Of a stretch of 64,000 bases of DNA, positions 27,433-47,841 are shown one piece after another. Source of the stretch: the human T2T-CHM13v2.0 reference genome, Homo sapiens; assembly GCF_009914755.1 (NCBI RefSeq), contig NC_060935.1; one strand, 5' to 3'. The notes under the pieces are model-generated. The model was not told the DNA's origin, ran no database searches, and saw only the letters and a program-made list of their open reading frames with translations. Position 1 is the stretch's first letter. Each line of letters opens with the position of its first letter. The translations under genes and the position numbers were made by a program.

Positions 27433-27526
27433 TAGGCTCCTGATTCCAGATTGGGCCAGTGCATTTGGTATTTCCTAAGAGAATCCTGGGTGATTCTAAT
27501 ATAACCCCAGGATTGAGAACCACTGA
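27433..27526. mobile_element. MER5-family MITE fragment
   Basis: ggtgattctaat...ccaggattgagaaccactg terminus. Confidence 0.7.
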
Positions 27527-28049
27527 AAGGGAATAACTAAAGTAGAGTATTAGAAACCAAGAAAATGTGATGGCATGACTTGGGGTTCGTCATTTATCAA
27601 TAACTTAACCTCTCTAAGAATGATGTTGCATAATATATAAATAATGTATCATTTACAATATATATCTGCAGTAAAATGTGACAAGTCTTAAGCACCGTTA
27701 AAGGAATAAATTGAATCTTGGAAGATCTCATTGTGAGGAAAAAATTTCACTGCTACCTGGGGGCAAAGAGTGACCAGGGGGAGGTTTTTAGAGGGATGTG
27801 GCAATTTCAGCTATGAATAAGAATATTCATATGACTAGTAAACCCAGTTGAAATGATTGTGAATTTCAAAGGTCACAAATACAAATATTAAAAATCCAAT
27901 TTTGTTTATCTTTTTCTTACCACTGAACTTAGTTTCTGTCTCAAACGTCTATTTTTCTACCAAGTAATAGTAATTTTATCTAGTGATTTCCAGCTACTCT
28001 CAGTCTGTTCTGAGTAAATGTCATCAAATTAGGTTTGAGATTAGGCAGT

Positions 28050-28720
28050 TCAGGGTTTTTAGCCCTGTCAGGGCTGGGTTGGGGCAGGGGTTTATGGAGC
28101 ATCGGGCAGTGGCAGGGTGAGTAGCATGCCCATGGCCATCCTTTGACCTCCATGGTCTTCTGCCATCCCTGCTGCAGCGAATGCTGGTGTCCACAGTCCC
28201 GCTAGGACCTCAGTTATCAGGTCCCTGCTGGAGGTCACTCGGATTCTTTCCCATTGAGGCTCCTTAAGGCTGCTAGCCCTCTCTAGGCTGCTTTCTTGCC
28301 CCTGCCCCATGGAAACATTCGGATGCTCCCTCATTCCACTCTGGGACACGATAAAGACTCAGAGTGCTGCCCCAGTCCCTCTCATTCCTACACATAGCAC
28401 ATTACCCTTTCCACAAATGGCTGCCCCTGATCTCTGAGAGAAGACAAATTCTGGATCCTTTTTCATTTTCCTAGGCTTCTCCCAAGGATTGAGTGCAGGT
28501 TCTCTCTGTCTATGAATTTTCTCCCCAAACTTGCTGAAGTTTCTGTCAATCCTTTCCCCATAACCGGAGATGCTGTCAGTGGGGAGGAAACAGGGACTCC
28601 CTCAAGCCTTAGCTGTGGTCACATTTATTCTGAGTGCCCTCCTCCCAGTTCCAGCCCTTACCTACCTTCTAGGGATAAAGCAGTCTTCTTATTGGTTAGC
28701 TCCAAATCTGCTACTTAGGG
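28050..28720 (-). mobile_element. Possible ancient LTR remnant (family unassigned)
   Basis: GC-richer island with an ATAAA-like signal and LTR-like 3' sequence on the minus strand; not matched to a specific consensus. Confidence 0.25.
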
Positions 28721-30389
28721 CATAAACTTTGGCTTTTGATGCTTAAGAAACAAAAACAAAATGAAATAATCAACAAAAACAAAAAGTAGGTTCTGACTAT
28801 ACAGAAACACCACACTTCACTTTCAAATATTTATTGTCTCTGCCCTGGGCTTTAAAAATCAATTTTTAAATTCAAAGACAAGCATTAACTCACTTCCTTC
28901 TCTCTGCATTAAGCATTAATCCTACCCACAGGACAAGAGTGGTGGGGGGAGGCGAGTGTTATAAGGTGTTTTCTCATTTATTAAAAAAAAGGCAAAAGGC
29001 ATTAATATCATATTTAAAATATTATCTGCTATGCAACAAAAACCAAGTAGTAAAAAGGAGAAAAAAAATGATCCAATATTTAGAAGTTTCTTCTGGTTCA
29101 TAACCTTGGTTCAACATTAATATAATCCACTTACTCAACAAAATATGATGGTGAGATGGGAAAGCTGCTTTTTTATATTGAGTATCGACCAAGCTGCATT
29201 TACCTACACCCACTCTGATACTCATTCCAACATCCCTGATATTCAGAATATTGAGTTATGCAAAGATCTCTCTAAGTCCTGATGTCCCCAGTGACTATTC
29301 CTGAAGACATTTCTATCTCTCTTATTTAAAGGCTTGTCTTTCATGATTAAATAATCAGCTCATTGGTAGCAACGAGTGCCTTTCCCCTGAGATGTTGTAA
29401 AATAGTTTCATGCATTGGTTAGGAGGCCAGGATAATTTTGTTCAGGGTAGAAAAGAACACCACATGCTTGAGCTATGACAGAACAAGTGTTTGCTAATTT
29501 TCTGTTTGGGGATTTTCAGTTTTCCACTTGAGTTGCTGCCGCCAAAATGAGTATTTTTACATTTAGAATATGCCATAATTTATGCAGGAGACATTCAGTA
29601 ATGACTCCAGCTAAAGCCAACTGTAAAATTAGCCAAACATCTTTTGGTCCAAAAGTGAATGCTCAAAACAATTGCTAATTGAGCTGTTTGGATCTTCAGT
29701 TTTCCTTTTCAGGGACAGAAGCCCTCAGTAAAATAGATCCACAGGAAATTGCAGGCATTTGTCAGGCATACAGTCTAACATAAGACTTTCCATTTTGTCT
29801 TGCTTCAGAACCAGTATTAAATGCCAAGGAGGAGGACTTGGGAGATGTGGCATACAAAAGGGAAGAAGCAAAACCCTGCCAGGAATAGTAAAGAAACCCA
29901 CACCTGCCCACACTATGCCTCCTCAACTCAAACCATCTCCATCTGGGAGGCATCCATTTGCCTGCTCAAAACTAAAAAAAAAAAAAAAAAAAAGGAGATG
30001 AAACCCACAAGGGGAATCCCAACCCATTTGCTGAAGTCAGGACTTTTCAGCTCTATCAAATCACTTTTCTACTGGTTACTTAAAAACATTGGTTTAAAAA
30101 AGGGTCCAGAGTATAAACCATGTGGGCCATGATATTCCCCTCCTATGACCCTGCAGCCATCAAAACCTAATTATGTCATACTTTTTCACTGGGTCCAGAC
30201 CTGCCCCACAAGGCTGAAAAGTGTTTGTAATCAAACAGAATTATTGCAACAAATTAAAGATGTAATAATTTGCCATTCTGGATGTACGGATATAACAATG
30301 CATTGTGAATTGGAACTAAATTCAAGACCCTACTGCCATTAACTGTTTTGAACCCTTCACCTGTGTCTCTATATTAACTCAGTTTAAAG

Positions 30390-30780
30390 GACAGGGGAGA
30401 GGAACTTCTGTTCCTGAGATAATGGAGTGACCATTTGGGGACTTGCCTTTCCACGATAATAACTATCAAACTGAAAAAACTATAGGAGACAACTGCTTTC
30501 AGGAGTTGAACAACAGGCAGACAAGTATTGTAATCATTCAGAGAAGGGAAAAGCAAGAAGTAAACCATATTTCTCCTTGTTGTTTTGGGAATAGTTTCAG
30601 AACCAGGGTACGGGGGTAAAATCAAAGTAGAACATGGGCTTTTCACCAATATGAGGAAGTTTGGGTAAGATTAAACACCTGTAATTTGTGAGGAAATAAA
30701 TCCAGACAGCATGAAGCTGAACAAAAGAGGCCCACAGGTCTGTGTGGGGGTTCTCGTCAAATTCTTATCCCTGAATGTGG
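30390..30780 (+). mobile_element. Old L1M(E) 5' end fragment
   Basis: gaacttctgttcc...ataatggagt...acaacaggcag...agagaagggaaa resembles the L1ME 5'UTR. Confidence 0.6.
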
Positions 30781-30799
30781 CTATAACGCAATTACCATC

Positions 30800-32490
<1,691 letters not shown>

Positions 32491-32499
32491 TAACAACTT

Positions 32500-35345
<2,846 letters not shown>

Positions 35346-35562
35346 AGATAGGAGAGTTTTTGTATGTTTTTTGCCTTTCTATATTACATACTTTCAATGT
35401 AGGAATTAGCAGGGCTGTAGATATGAAAGATTTTACTTATTTGGAGTAAAATGAAGTTTGTTTTGCCTTTCTTTATAATTTTCAAGTATAAGCAGTCAGG
35501 TTCAAGCCTATCTCATTCATTTATTCTGACTTCCTATAATTAATCTTTTTTGTACTACTATA

Positions 35563-35939
35563 TAATCTGGTTTGGCTATGTCCCCACCCAAATCTCAGCT
35601 TGAATCGTAGTTCCCATAATCCCCATGTATCATAGGAAGGACCAGGTGAAAGGTAATTGAATCACAGGGGCGGTTACCCCATGCTGCTCTTCTCATGATA
35701 GTGAGTGAGTGCTCATGAGATCTGATGGTTTTATAAAGGGCTTTTCCCCCCTTTGCTCTGCACTTCTCCTTCCTACCACTATGTGAAGAAGGATGTGTTT
35801 TCTTCCCTTGCACCATGACTGTAAGTTTCCTGAGGCCCCCCTAGCCATGCTGAACTGTGAGTCTGTTAAACCTCTTTCCTTTATAAATTATCCATTCTTG
35901 GATATGTCTTTATTAGCAGCATGAGAATGGACTAATACA
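35563..35939 (+). mobile_element. THE1 (MaLR) solo LTR
   Basis: ggtttggctatgtccccacccaaatctc...ggactaataca; perfect TSD ctata. Confidence 0.93.
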
Positions 35940-36751
35940 CTATATGTCAAGTAGTATACAAAAATAATAGTTGATACTGATACATCATGGCTTACCATGT
36001 ATTACATAGGCAGAATTGTAAATGTTTCACAGAGAGTAACTTATTCAATCTTCATGAATGACATAATAATTATTATTGTCCCCAATTTAGATAGGAGAAA
36101 ACCAAGGCAAAGAAGGTATGTCAATTTGTTGATTTCGCATAATCCATAACTGTGAGAATTCAAACCCAAGTTCTATCCTCTTAATCATTATACTATGTTC
36201 CTTTAAAAGATGCATGGCAAATTGATTTGGGAATATTAAAGTATCTAGATTGCAAGATTCCTTTAGACATCACAAAAGTTTTAATTATTTAAGAAGACAT
36301 AACTTTCACTGTCTTTTCTCATATTTCCATAAGTCAGTCTCATATTTCCATGATGTCTTTTCTCATATTTCCTTGTTCCTCTAGAGCTGGAATAGACAAG
36401 TTTCTATAAGTGGTCAGGGATCATAAGACTACTGCTTAACAACATCAACTGGCTCTGACTGAGCAGCATGGAGAGAAATGCAGGAGACTGGAAAGCAGAA
36501 GAGTAGAGATCTAATCTTGTCTCTGACTAGGTCTGATTTTCTGAGTAAAACCCGAAATTGCTGGGTTTGAACTTTCCAAAAATTATCTCCAAGATACGCC
36601 TAAATCTAACATTTTATAGCTTGAAGATATTCTTCTCTAGATAGTTCCAATATAACTAATCTACTATCACTCCATATTTCTGCAACTATGAAGAGTTTTA
36701 AAGAGAAATGTCAACTATTTCAATTATTTCAATATGTGGTGACACCAAAGC

Positions 36752-36778
36752 AAAAAAAAAAAAAAAAAAAAAAAAAAA
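36752..36778. repeat. Isolated poly(A)27
   Basis: Direct reading; no recognisable retroelement body upstream. Confidence 0.9.
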
Positions 36779-38110
36779 GTGCAGATACAGTGAGAGATTC
36801 TTAAGCTTGAATTTCCAAATATTAAAAGATATGTATATTCAATAACATAGTATTGGGGAAAATAGTTTATCTCAGAAAACAAATACATTAAAGGCAGATT
36901 AAAAGCTAAACTTAAAAATAAAGGTTCAAACTCAAATGCTTGTAAGGGGTAGAACATTAATTATAGGCCTGTGACATCAGCCTGGCATAAAAACAAGTAG
37001 GCACTCAGATGCTTATATTATACTTGAGCATAATAAGTAGTTAGTTGCATGGTTGCATTGCCATTTCAAGTATTTTGTATCATAATACACCATAGCAAAA
37101 TCTGTTTAGTGAACCCTGAAATGAAGTATGAAAGCATTAGAATAAAATATAGAAAATGCATATACATGTATTTATGCAGCTCTTTATTTATATTTATATG
37201 GGTATATACACACACCACAAACACACACATATACACACTCGCCCACTCATAAAACCTTGAGGTAGGTTGGGCTATTTTAAACAGTAGACAAAACAGAATG
37301 TCAGAAAAAGAATTATTATTTTTTTAGAAAAAGAATATTAATAAACTTGAACCTAAACATTTAAAATCTCTAAACACAAAAGATTATAAACAGAATTAAA
37401 TGGCAAGTGATAAATGAGGAAATATTTACAGTATTTATAGCAAGCCAAGGATTAACATCCGGAATATATAAATAGCTTCAAAAGTCAATAAGCAAAAGAC
37501 AAACATAGGAGGAAAAGATGTGCAAATTCTACAAATAACTCAAGAAGAACTGAAAATAGCAAATAAATATATTGAAAAGACAAAGAATCTCATTAGTACT
37601 CAGGGAAATGTAAATTAAAGCTATAATGGGGAGAATTTTTAATCAAAAAAGATTGGCAAAAATTATACAAGTTGATAATAACAAGTGTCAGAGAATGGAT
37701 AAGGAAGTGTTTACCTTCATACTTTGCTGTTGAAATGTAAACTTGACTCAGCATTTGTTGGAGTATATTTTGGCAATATTTATTTAACAATTAAATAAAC
37801 ATACCAGTTATTCCAATTCTGGTATCTACAAAAGAAAGGAGGGAAGTAGGGAAGAACAGAGAGAATGACGGAGGAAGAAAAGAAACAAAGAAAACCAGAT
37901 ATGTATAAAAGGAAATACATGCTAAGACAGTCATTGCAGCATTGAAAATAGCAATTATTAGTATAAAATCTGTGTGACTAGTATAATTCTAAACACTTTA
38001 TGTTATTAACCTCAATACAAAAATGGCTATTTTTTACATCAAGAAACTAACTGTGGTAAGTAATTTGCCCAAAGTAACTCAGCCAGTAAGTAATGGAACT
38101 GGCTCGATTC

Positions 38111-38559
38111 CATTTTATTTTTTTATTTTACTTTATTTTATTTTATTTTATTTTATTTTATTTTATTTTATTTTATTTTACTTTATTTTATTTTATTTTA
38201 TTTTACTTTATTTTATTTTATTTTATTTTATCTTATCTTATTTTATTTTATCTTATTTTATTTTATTTTATTTTATTTTATTTTATTTTAGAGATAAGGT
38301 CTCGCTCTGTTGCCCAGATTAGAGTGCAGTGGCACTATCATGGCTTACTGCAGCCTTGAACTCCAAGGCTCAAACCATCCTCCCAAGTAGTTGGGACTAC
38401 AGGCATGCTACACCATGCTCAGCTACTTTTTCAATTTTTTGTAGACACGAGGTCTCACTAAATTGCCCAGACTGGTCTTGAACTCCTGCAGTCAAGTGAT
38501 CCTTCTGCCTCGGCCTCCCAAAGTGCTGGGATTATGCATTTGAACCACTGTGACTTGTG
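38111..38559 (-). mobile_element. AluJ with expanded pentanucleotide tail
   Basis: AluJ body 38291-38559; TSD ctggctcgattc (38099) / ctggctctattc (38560). Confidence 0.93.
38121..38290. repeat. (TTTTA)n array, 34 units with CTTTA and TCTTA interruptions
   Basis: Counted 28 TTTTA, 3 CTTTA and 3 TCTTA units in phase. Confidence 0.97.
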
Positions 38560-39419
38560 CTGGCTCTATTCTTAATAGCTACACAGAGCTGCCTCTGAAT
38601 GTCCATAATAGGAAAATACTAGAGAGAGTCTAAATATCCACCAATAGAGGTGTACTTAAATTATAGAACACATATACTGTGGAGTATGGAAATTTTAAAT
38701 GTATTAAGTGAAATTATGGTTTGTAAAATAAAATGATAAAGTATGACATATTTATAGGTAGAAATTTTACAGAATTAAATTATATATTTTTACAGACATA
38801 CACACATATACATACATACACATGCAGGAGCAGAATGTCCTAAAGGTATGTAAAAAAATGATAACAGTAGCTGTCTTGGGAAAAAAGACAGAGCTTTCTG
38901 ATGATGTTCAAAAATAACTCATTTATCTATATTGCTTGAATCTCTTTTTAACAAAATGTGTTCACAAATTCCAAGTTTATTTAAAACGTGCTTAAAGACA
39001 TTATCAATTTGGATGAGTTATCTGAACAGGTTTCAGGATTTCCCATACTGATCTTTAATGAAATTATTGACTGCAATTTGTACTTTAAAAAAAACCTTCA
39101 CTTCACTATATCACTTATAATACATAGTCTCTTACATATATTCTAAACAACTCCAGCACCAAAAACATGTTACAGGGACAAGGAGCCAGCAGCATTGATA
39201 ATCCAGGAGTGCCACATGCCAGGCTAAGGGTGTTTCCTGGGAAGAGTTAATACTGTATCCAGTATCAACTCTGGATGGTACAGGTCCAATCATTCTTTGC
39301 AGAAACACACGGGATCAAAATTTTGGCTTCTTATCTTGGCAGAACCCAAATCCAAATTTGGTCAACCCCACCTACAAAAACAGAGGCCCAGGGATTCAAA
39401 CTAAAAAAAAAAGACTTAG

Positions 39420-41208
<1,789 letters not shown>

Positions 41209-43273
41209 AAAAAACACTTAGGGCATATTCATGAGGGTCATTAGGAAAAAAGCAAAGGGACAACATCCTATTTCTCCACAAATAAAACAAAAAGCCCTAA
41301 CTAAGAGAAAACGCAGACAAATGGAAAAGAGAACACATCTGAATCTTTCCACTAAAGAAGAAAATTTACATCACCTTGTTCATTGAAGTTTCATATTGAC
41401 AATTACTATATTACACAAAATGAGTTGTAGGACACAGTTTGTCCAGTTTGTTTGTCCGGTTTTCTTCTAGAACTTTAGGTATCAACTCCTAAACTAAAAA
41501 TATAATAAAATAAATATGCATAAATATGTCGAGTAGCTCCAGTTTATTGAGAATCTTGCATATGCCAACATTGTAATAATCACATGTACAGGCATTTCTA
41601 ATCTCCGAATTCTTACAACAACTTTATAAAATAGTATCTTTGTCTTAATTTGACAAAGAAATTGAGCTCACTAGGACCTATTTATTAATCAAAAATAATC
41701 TGATGATTACTCATCTTTTAGGCTTTATATTGAACACTTCACAAAGGTATTTACAGTAGGCATGAATTTCACTTCACAATACTACAGTGAAAATTGTTCT
41801 ATGTCTTTATTTCTTTTAAATGAATTAAATTTGCTTTACTAGAAGAACATTCCATTTCAGTTGGAAGAGAAAGGAGGAATGACGGAATCCTTCACTTTTC
41901 TCATCATATATGAGAATCTGGAGGTGCTTATATTGTACAGACTCTGGAGAAATCCCTGTGGTCTTCAACTGACAGCAGCCACTAACTGTGTACTTATGTG
42001 CCCATGCTTGCACAGTTCCTTGATGGTGGGTAATATCTGTGCTCTTGCTTCAAACTTCAACACAGAAGTCATTGTCAAAGCCAAGGAGCTGACAGTCATG
42101 ATGCCATCCTCTCTAGCTGTGCCACAGAGCTCACTTGGTGAACACAGCTATTGCCCTGGGGCACTGCAGGAATGCAGGAATAATTTCTCACCCCTCCCCT
42201 TCTCAAAGAACCTGCCAATTTGTAACCTTTCCCTGGTTTCAGAAGAAGCTCCTTAAACCAGCTCTGGTCAGTATCTCTGCCTTTCATGTATGCTGTTTCT
42301 CTTGACTCTTGACTTCTCTAACTAAAAAATAAAAAGGTTCTTCTAATCTCCTAAAGCATCAGCTCTGGCTATATTTGGTGGTCAACAAGGGGGAACCACC
42401 CAGATATTTGTTTGCAGACTGAACTGTCCTCCAGTATCCAATACTGAGTTAAACTCTAAGTCCAAGCTAGAAAGGACTTGAGACTTTATAAAGCATAACC
42501 TGCTCCTCAAAGCATGAACCACTTTATAATAATGCCAATTAAAAAAAAATCCTCAGCCTTCCCTATAAGAGGATTTTCAAATAAGGGTTCTAATGAATCA
42601 GTTAGTATCATGGGAGCCTCCTTTTTGTACTGAGTATAGAGAACTCCACGGTTATTCTTGAACATGAAAACCTCACTGTGTGCCTTTGCCATGTTCCTGG
42701 AAAGTTGCACGCCTACCTATCACCCGCTTACCACCTGCTCACAAATCTAAAAAAGGAAAAGGAGAAAACATGGCATAAGGCAAAGGAGTATCAAGTGAAA
42801 AGACAATTTCAGCACAAAAGCATTCTGAATAAAATTACTAAATGTTTTTTTCTCTAGCAAAGTCTAACCTTGAAACCCATTCTCAGTAACTCCCTAAGAT
42901 GACGATGAAAACAGATGCTCTCCCTAGCTGTTGCTGTCTTACATTTGCATACTCACTCTCTATCTTTCTTCCAGTACTTTAAGAATCATGTCCAAAACTG
43001 TTACCCCACTTTAGTATATTTTAACGGGCGCACTGGTCACATTTTCATCACTTTTGGGGCACATTAGAGAATGTATAACATCACACATTATGGATTATCT
43101 TAGAAATGTGTTCAAGCTCTAGCAAAAAAGTAAAGAAGAAAGCATTTGCTGAGTGATGCTAAGCTCCAACATGATGTTGATTTTTCAACTGGAGGTCCCA
43201 GGCCATGTAACTGGATCAGTGGGTAGATTCTGAGTTATGGTTTTACTTTTTCACCATTTGGGAAAAGGGCCCT

Positions 43274-43627
43274 TGTATTAGTTTGTTCTCATGCTGCTAA
43301 TAAAGACATACCTGAGGCTGAGTAATTTAAAAAGGAAAGAGGTTTAATGGAATCACAGTTCCACAGAGCTGGGGAGACCTCACAATCATGGAAGAAGGCA
43401 AAGGAGAAGCAAAGGCACATCTTACAAGGTGGCAGGCAAGAGAGCATGTAGGGGAACTCCCCTTTATGAGACCATCAGATCTCATGAGACTTATTCACTA
43501 CCACAGGAACAGTATAGGGGAAATCACCCCTGTGGCTCAATTATCTCCACCAGGCCCTGCCCTTGACATGTGGGGATTACTACAACTCGAAATGAGATTT
43601 GGGAGGGGACACAGCCAAACTATATCA
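43274..43627 (-). mobile_element. THE1 (MaLR) solo LTR
   Basis: tgtattagtttgttctcatgctgctaataaagac...cacagccaaactatatca; TSD gccct/gccat. Confidence 0.92.
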
Positions 43628-44073
43628 GCCATTATTTTAGGATTATACTGTAAAAAATATTAAAATATATTTGATAAGGTGAAGATAATTATATGTAAAC
43701 TTTGTGTTAAATTAAGCAATATTGCAAATATGCTATGGAGATTATTTAAGGGAATGTCTTAGAAATATTATTACATTTCTTGTAAATACTTTCAAATTAC
43801 CAAGAATTCATCTTTGATACGAGTAAATTCTCCCTATTTTAGTACATCGTATGTTTTGCTGCTTCACAGATCAGAATTTGATGACATGCTTCTCACTGGG
43901 GCAACTGAGTGCAGTGTGGGAAACAAGTTTTCTAAAACCCGTAACCAGCAGAGAGGGGAGGACTTGAGAATAGGTTTGTTTTTCCGAGAGCTTAGAGCTC
44001 ACAGGGGTGGCGAATGTCATCTACAAGTGGCATTTAGAACTCACCTACCTGATGAGGGATGCTTTCATTACTA

Positions 44074-44285
44074 CAGGTTGAATATCCCTCATCCAAAATG
44101 CTTGAGACCAGAAGTGTTTCAGATTTCAGATGTTTTCAGATTCTGGACTATTTGCCAGTTGAACACATGAAATTTGAATATCCAAAATTTGAAATGCTCA
44201 AGTGAGTATTTTCTTTGAATGTCATGTCAGCACTCAAAAAGTTTTGGACTTTGGGGCATTTTCAGATTTGGGATGCTCCTTACTG
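44074..44285. mobile_element. Tigger4a (Zombi/MER46)-like MITE
   Basis: ta|caggttgaatatccctcatccaaaatgcttgagaccagaagtgtttc...gggatgctc. Confidence 0.85.
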
Positions 44286-46793
44286 TTTACAAAAACAAAG
44301 ATCAGCTCCCCACTTGCTTGGTGCTTCAAAGAAAATAGCCCTGGTCCTTCTCTTTGTAAAGGGTTTCCAGGTGAAAACTACCTAGACAAACACAGCTATT
44401 TCCCTGGGGCAATAAATTAAATTAAATATATTTTAAATTAAATACATTTACTTTGAGTCAATACATATTTATGTTTCCCCTACTACAGGTAAGATATTCC
44501 CCAGTGGAATTAGGATTCTTCAGTGCATTAGGCAGACATAGTAGCTGTCATCACCAGAGTGAGAAAGAGAAAACAAAAATATATCTAAGTTAAGTTACGG
44601 AGACTTTTTTTTTAAAACACATAAAGGTCTTGGGTTCACTGGGGGCACAAAGATGAATATGACACAGTGCATACCCTCAAAGGGTTCTCACTCCAGGGAG
44701 GGAGGCAGATTTGTAAACAGGTAATTATCATACAACACTGTGTTGTAAAAGTACTTAACTGCCTCATTGAAACCTACAACTTTAATTACTTGAGCTAACG
44801 GGCCAAGGACTCTTACTGTTGTGGAATGGAAATGACAATACATGATCTACAACTTCCTCAGTGCTGACTTCCCACCCATTCCTGATCAGCCAGAAAGGCA
44901 TTTTCTCTTTTCTAAATGACACGTCTCATGTCACATGTGGGCAAAAAGGCTTTTGTTGAGAGAAGTCAGGAAGTTGATGATTTGTTTTGGTTTGTTGTGG
45001 GTTTTTTGTTTCGCTTTGTTTTATTTTTACTGTAGAAAGAGTCATTAATATGCCACTCCAAAGACAGAAAATAATAGATCCATTTCTTCTAATGGAGAGA
45101 CAGTGTACAGTTTAAAGATGGTTTATTAGCTTCCAGCTTCTGATACACGGGAACTATTTGGGTACATAACTCAGCTCTCCAGTCCAGAGCCAGCTCCATA
45201 AACCTTAGCAGCGCTTTTCCCCACCTTTTGACTAAATAGAAAGTTACTGTACAGTTACAGCCCTGTTATATATGATGTTAATAAATGTGCCATGCTGACT
45301 GTCCGCTCTTTTAAGTAACTCTGCTAACCTGGACACAGTATCTGAGATTTATATTGCTGCATAAAGTCTGAGGGGAACACAGGAAAATGGCTCTATAGAT
45401 AGAATTAGACCGGCTATCTCTCTACATTTCAGAAATGGCAGGAGGAGAGATGTTCAGGGGCACTTGTAGAGGACGAGAGAGGGCAAAAACAGCGAAAAGG
45501 AAAGCTTTTGAGAACAATTTCTGCAGTTTTGCCAATGTGACTGATTCTGAATGAGGCTTTGGCTGTAAAATTCCTTTCTTGTCTTGATGAAGAGAACAGT
45601 CTCTGGTGAAACTTAGTGTATTACACCCTTTTCCAAGTCTCTAACACCTTGAACTTCCAGTTAGTAAACTGAAACCTAGTATTAAGTCATTTAATATTTA
45701 TTACATGAATGAATAACAACTCAACTGTAAACCCCTGGAAGTCAGAGAATTTGTCTATGCTCACTGCTCTATCTCTTGCATCCATAAGGGTGCCCAGTAG
45801 ATAACAAGTGTGCAATAATTATTTATTTTATGAACAGATTATATAAATAACAATGTCACTTACTACTCACTGGTACTGTATAGACTATAATCCAACCCTA
45901 CATCTGATCCTGAAAGATGACAGACTCAATATTTCATTGCTGTTTCACAAGGAAAGAGCTCAAGGTAAAAATAAGGGAGTTGATCTGGATAAATCTAAAT
46001 AATAAATCATTAAACTAGGGAGAAACAGATGTCTGAAATTCAACAATGGGAATAAACAGGCTGGTGGCAGGCATATTTGAGAGTGAGATGGCCATGTGGA
46101 GCTGGCCTTACTTCAGCTGCAGGGGAAAAGCCAAGAACTTTGAAATTGTACAATATCCTTCCAACTTACAGCCTGAAGCCATATCATGTAAACAGAAGTT
46201 AGTGATGTTGGACCATCTTTAAACTATATTCCCTCTAATGGAAGCCACAATGAGTGCTTATCTTCCAAAGGTTTACTCTGTCCCATTCTGCCCATCTGAT
46301 GCTGCTGCTTTCATGCTACCACAATCTCCTCACCACAGTCTCCGTATGTCCTCAGTGTTGTTTCTTAAATTTATAATGCAATGGCAAAAAGACCCATATG
46401 CAAAGGGTACTCATACTTTTAAAATCTAGTCAAATATGGCTATCAATATTATCAATGCCTTTCACAGGTTGAGATATATGACAAATGCTAACTCAAATTT
46501 AAAGCTATTCATCTTACTCTCCCATATTTTTCTTACTAGTTGCCCACAAAATCAGCCCTTGGAGTTTGCAAACACTTGTAATAAAGTCTATTTCTGTTGC
46601 TCGCTTCAGCCTCAACAAGCACCTCTGTTCACTTCTAATGTCCTTATGGCTTTTTTCCCCACTTCACATCTTCCTCTTATTGCTATTCTGGTTGTCAGGA
46701 CACCTTCCCTAAAGCAGACCAAGTAGACTCAACTCAAGAGTCTGACTTTATTGCAAACTTCAATACCTTTCTTTATGATACATTCTAGCATCT

Positions 46794-47258
46794 TGTATCA
46801 GTCAGTTTTTGTTGCATACCAAACCATCCCAAAACATAGTTGTTTAAACAATCATTATTTAATTTCTTATGATTATCTGGGTTGGCAATTTGGACTGGAC
46901 TAAACTGTGACAACTCATCTCTGCTCCATATATCAGCTGGGCTCACTGAAACATCTAAGCACCTCAACTGGAAAGCTGGGATGGCTGGGACATCTGGGCA
47001 CCATCTCTACATACTGTCTCTTTGTCCATCTGGATAGCTCAAGCTTATACACATGATCACAGAAAGATGTTCTGCACAAGAATGGGTGCTGCAAAACCTC
47101 ATTTATTTGGGGTTGGAAATTGTACAACATCCTTTCTGTCACATTTTATTAGTTAAAAGAAGTCAGCAGGACAGCCCAGATTCAAAGGTTGAAAAAAGTG
47201 GACAACCTCTTGATGGAATCAGATGCAAATAGTTGGTGGCCAGTTTTTCAGTTTATAC
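46794..47258 (-). mobile_element. MLT1 (MaLR) LTR
   Basis: tgtatcagtcagtttttgttgcataccaaaccatcccaaaacatagt...acagcccagattcaaagg. Confidence 0.75.
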
Positions 47259-47431
47259 TAAAATCAAAATATTATACACTTTAATTTTCAAAAAACACCC
47301 ACACGTTTTAAGGACAATAAAAATAATAAAAAATTTTACCAAATAATTGTGATAATTTCTTAAATGCCAGTGCCAGGCATTTAACATTTTACATAACACA
47401 TAGTATTGCATTCTCACCCAATGAAAGAGAT

Positions 47432-47776
47432 AAGGAGTTGGCAAATTACAGCTTGTTGACCAAATCCAGCCTGCTGCCTGCACCTGCCTTTGTACAGCCC
47501 ATGAGCTAATAATGGTTTTTATACTTTTAAATGGTTGGGAGAAAAAATTTAAAAAGAATAAGATTTCATGACACATAAAAATTATATGAAATTCAAGTTC
47601 CAGTGTCCATACATAAAGTATAATTGGAACACAGTCATGCTCAATTGTTTACATATTATCTATATCTGCTTTCAAACTAGAACAGCAGAATTTAGTAGTT
47701 GCAACACAGACCATATGGCCTGAAAAGCCTAATATATTTATCGTCTGGTCCTTTACAGAAAGTTTTCTGACCTCTG
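47432..47776. mobile_element. MER58B hAT MITE
   Basis: ggagttggcaaa...tttgtacagcccatgagcta...ccatatggcctgaaaagcc...tttacagaaagttttctgacctctg; imperfect 8-bp TSD. Confidence 0.88.
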
Positions 47777-47841
47777 GAATAGATGCCATTATTATCTTCC
47801 TGATATTAATTAGGAAACTAAGGCTTTTAAAATGTAAGTAA

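Larger units (their letters stand above)
37330..38990 (+). mobile_element. L1ME-like 3' fragments, interrupted by MIR and Alu
   Basis: tagtactcagggaaatgtaaattaaag...gattggcaaaaatta...tgtcagagaatgg; later aaatatccaccaatagagg; boundaries approximate. Confidence 0.6.

Noticed and set aside
38023-38359. Hydrophobic ILFYF-repeat ORFs
   Set aside because: Translation of the TTTTA microsatellite and Alu
41861-42256. 131-aa ORF in unique-looking sequence
   Set aside because: TTG start, no recognisable domain and no convincing flanking splice sites
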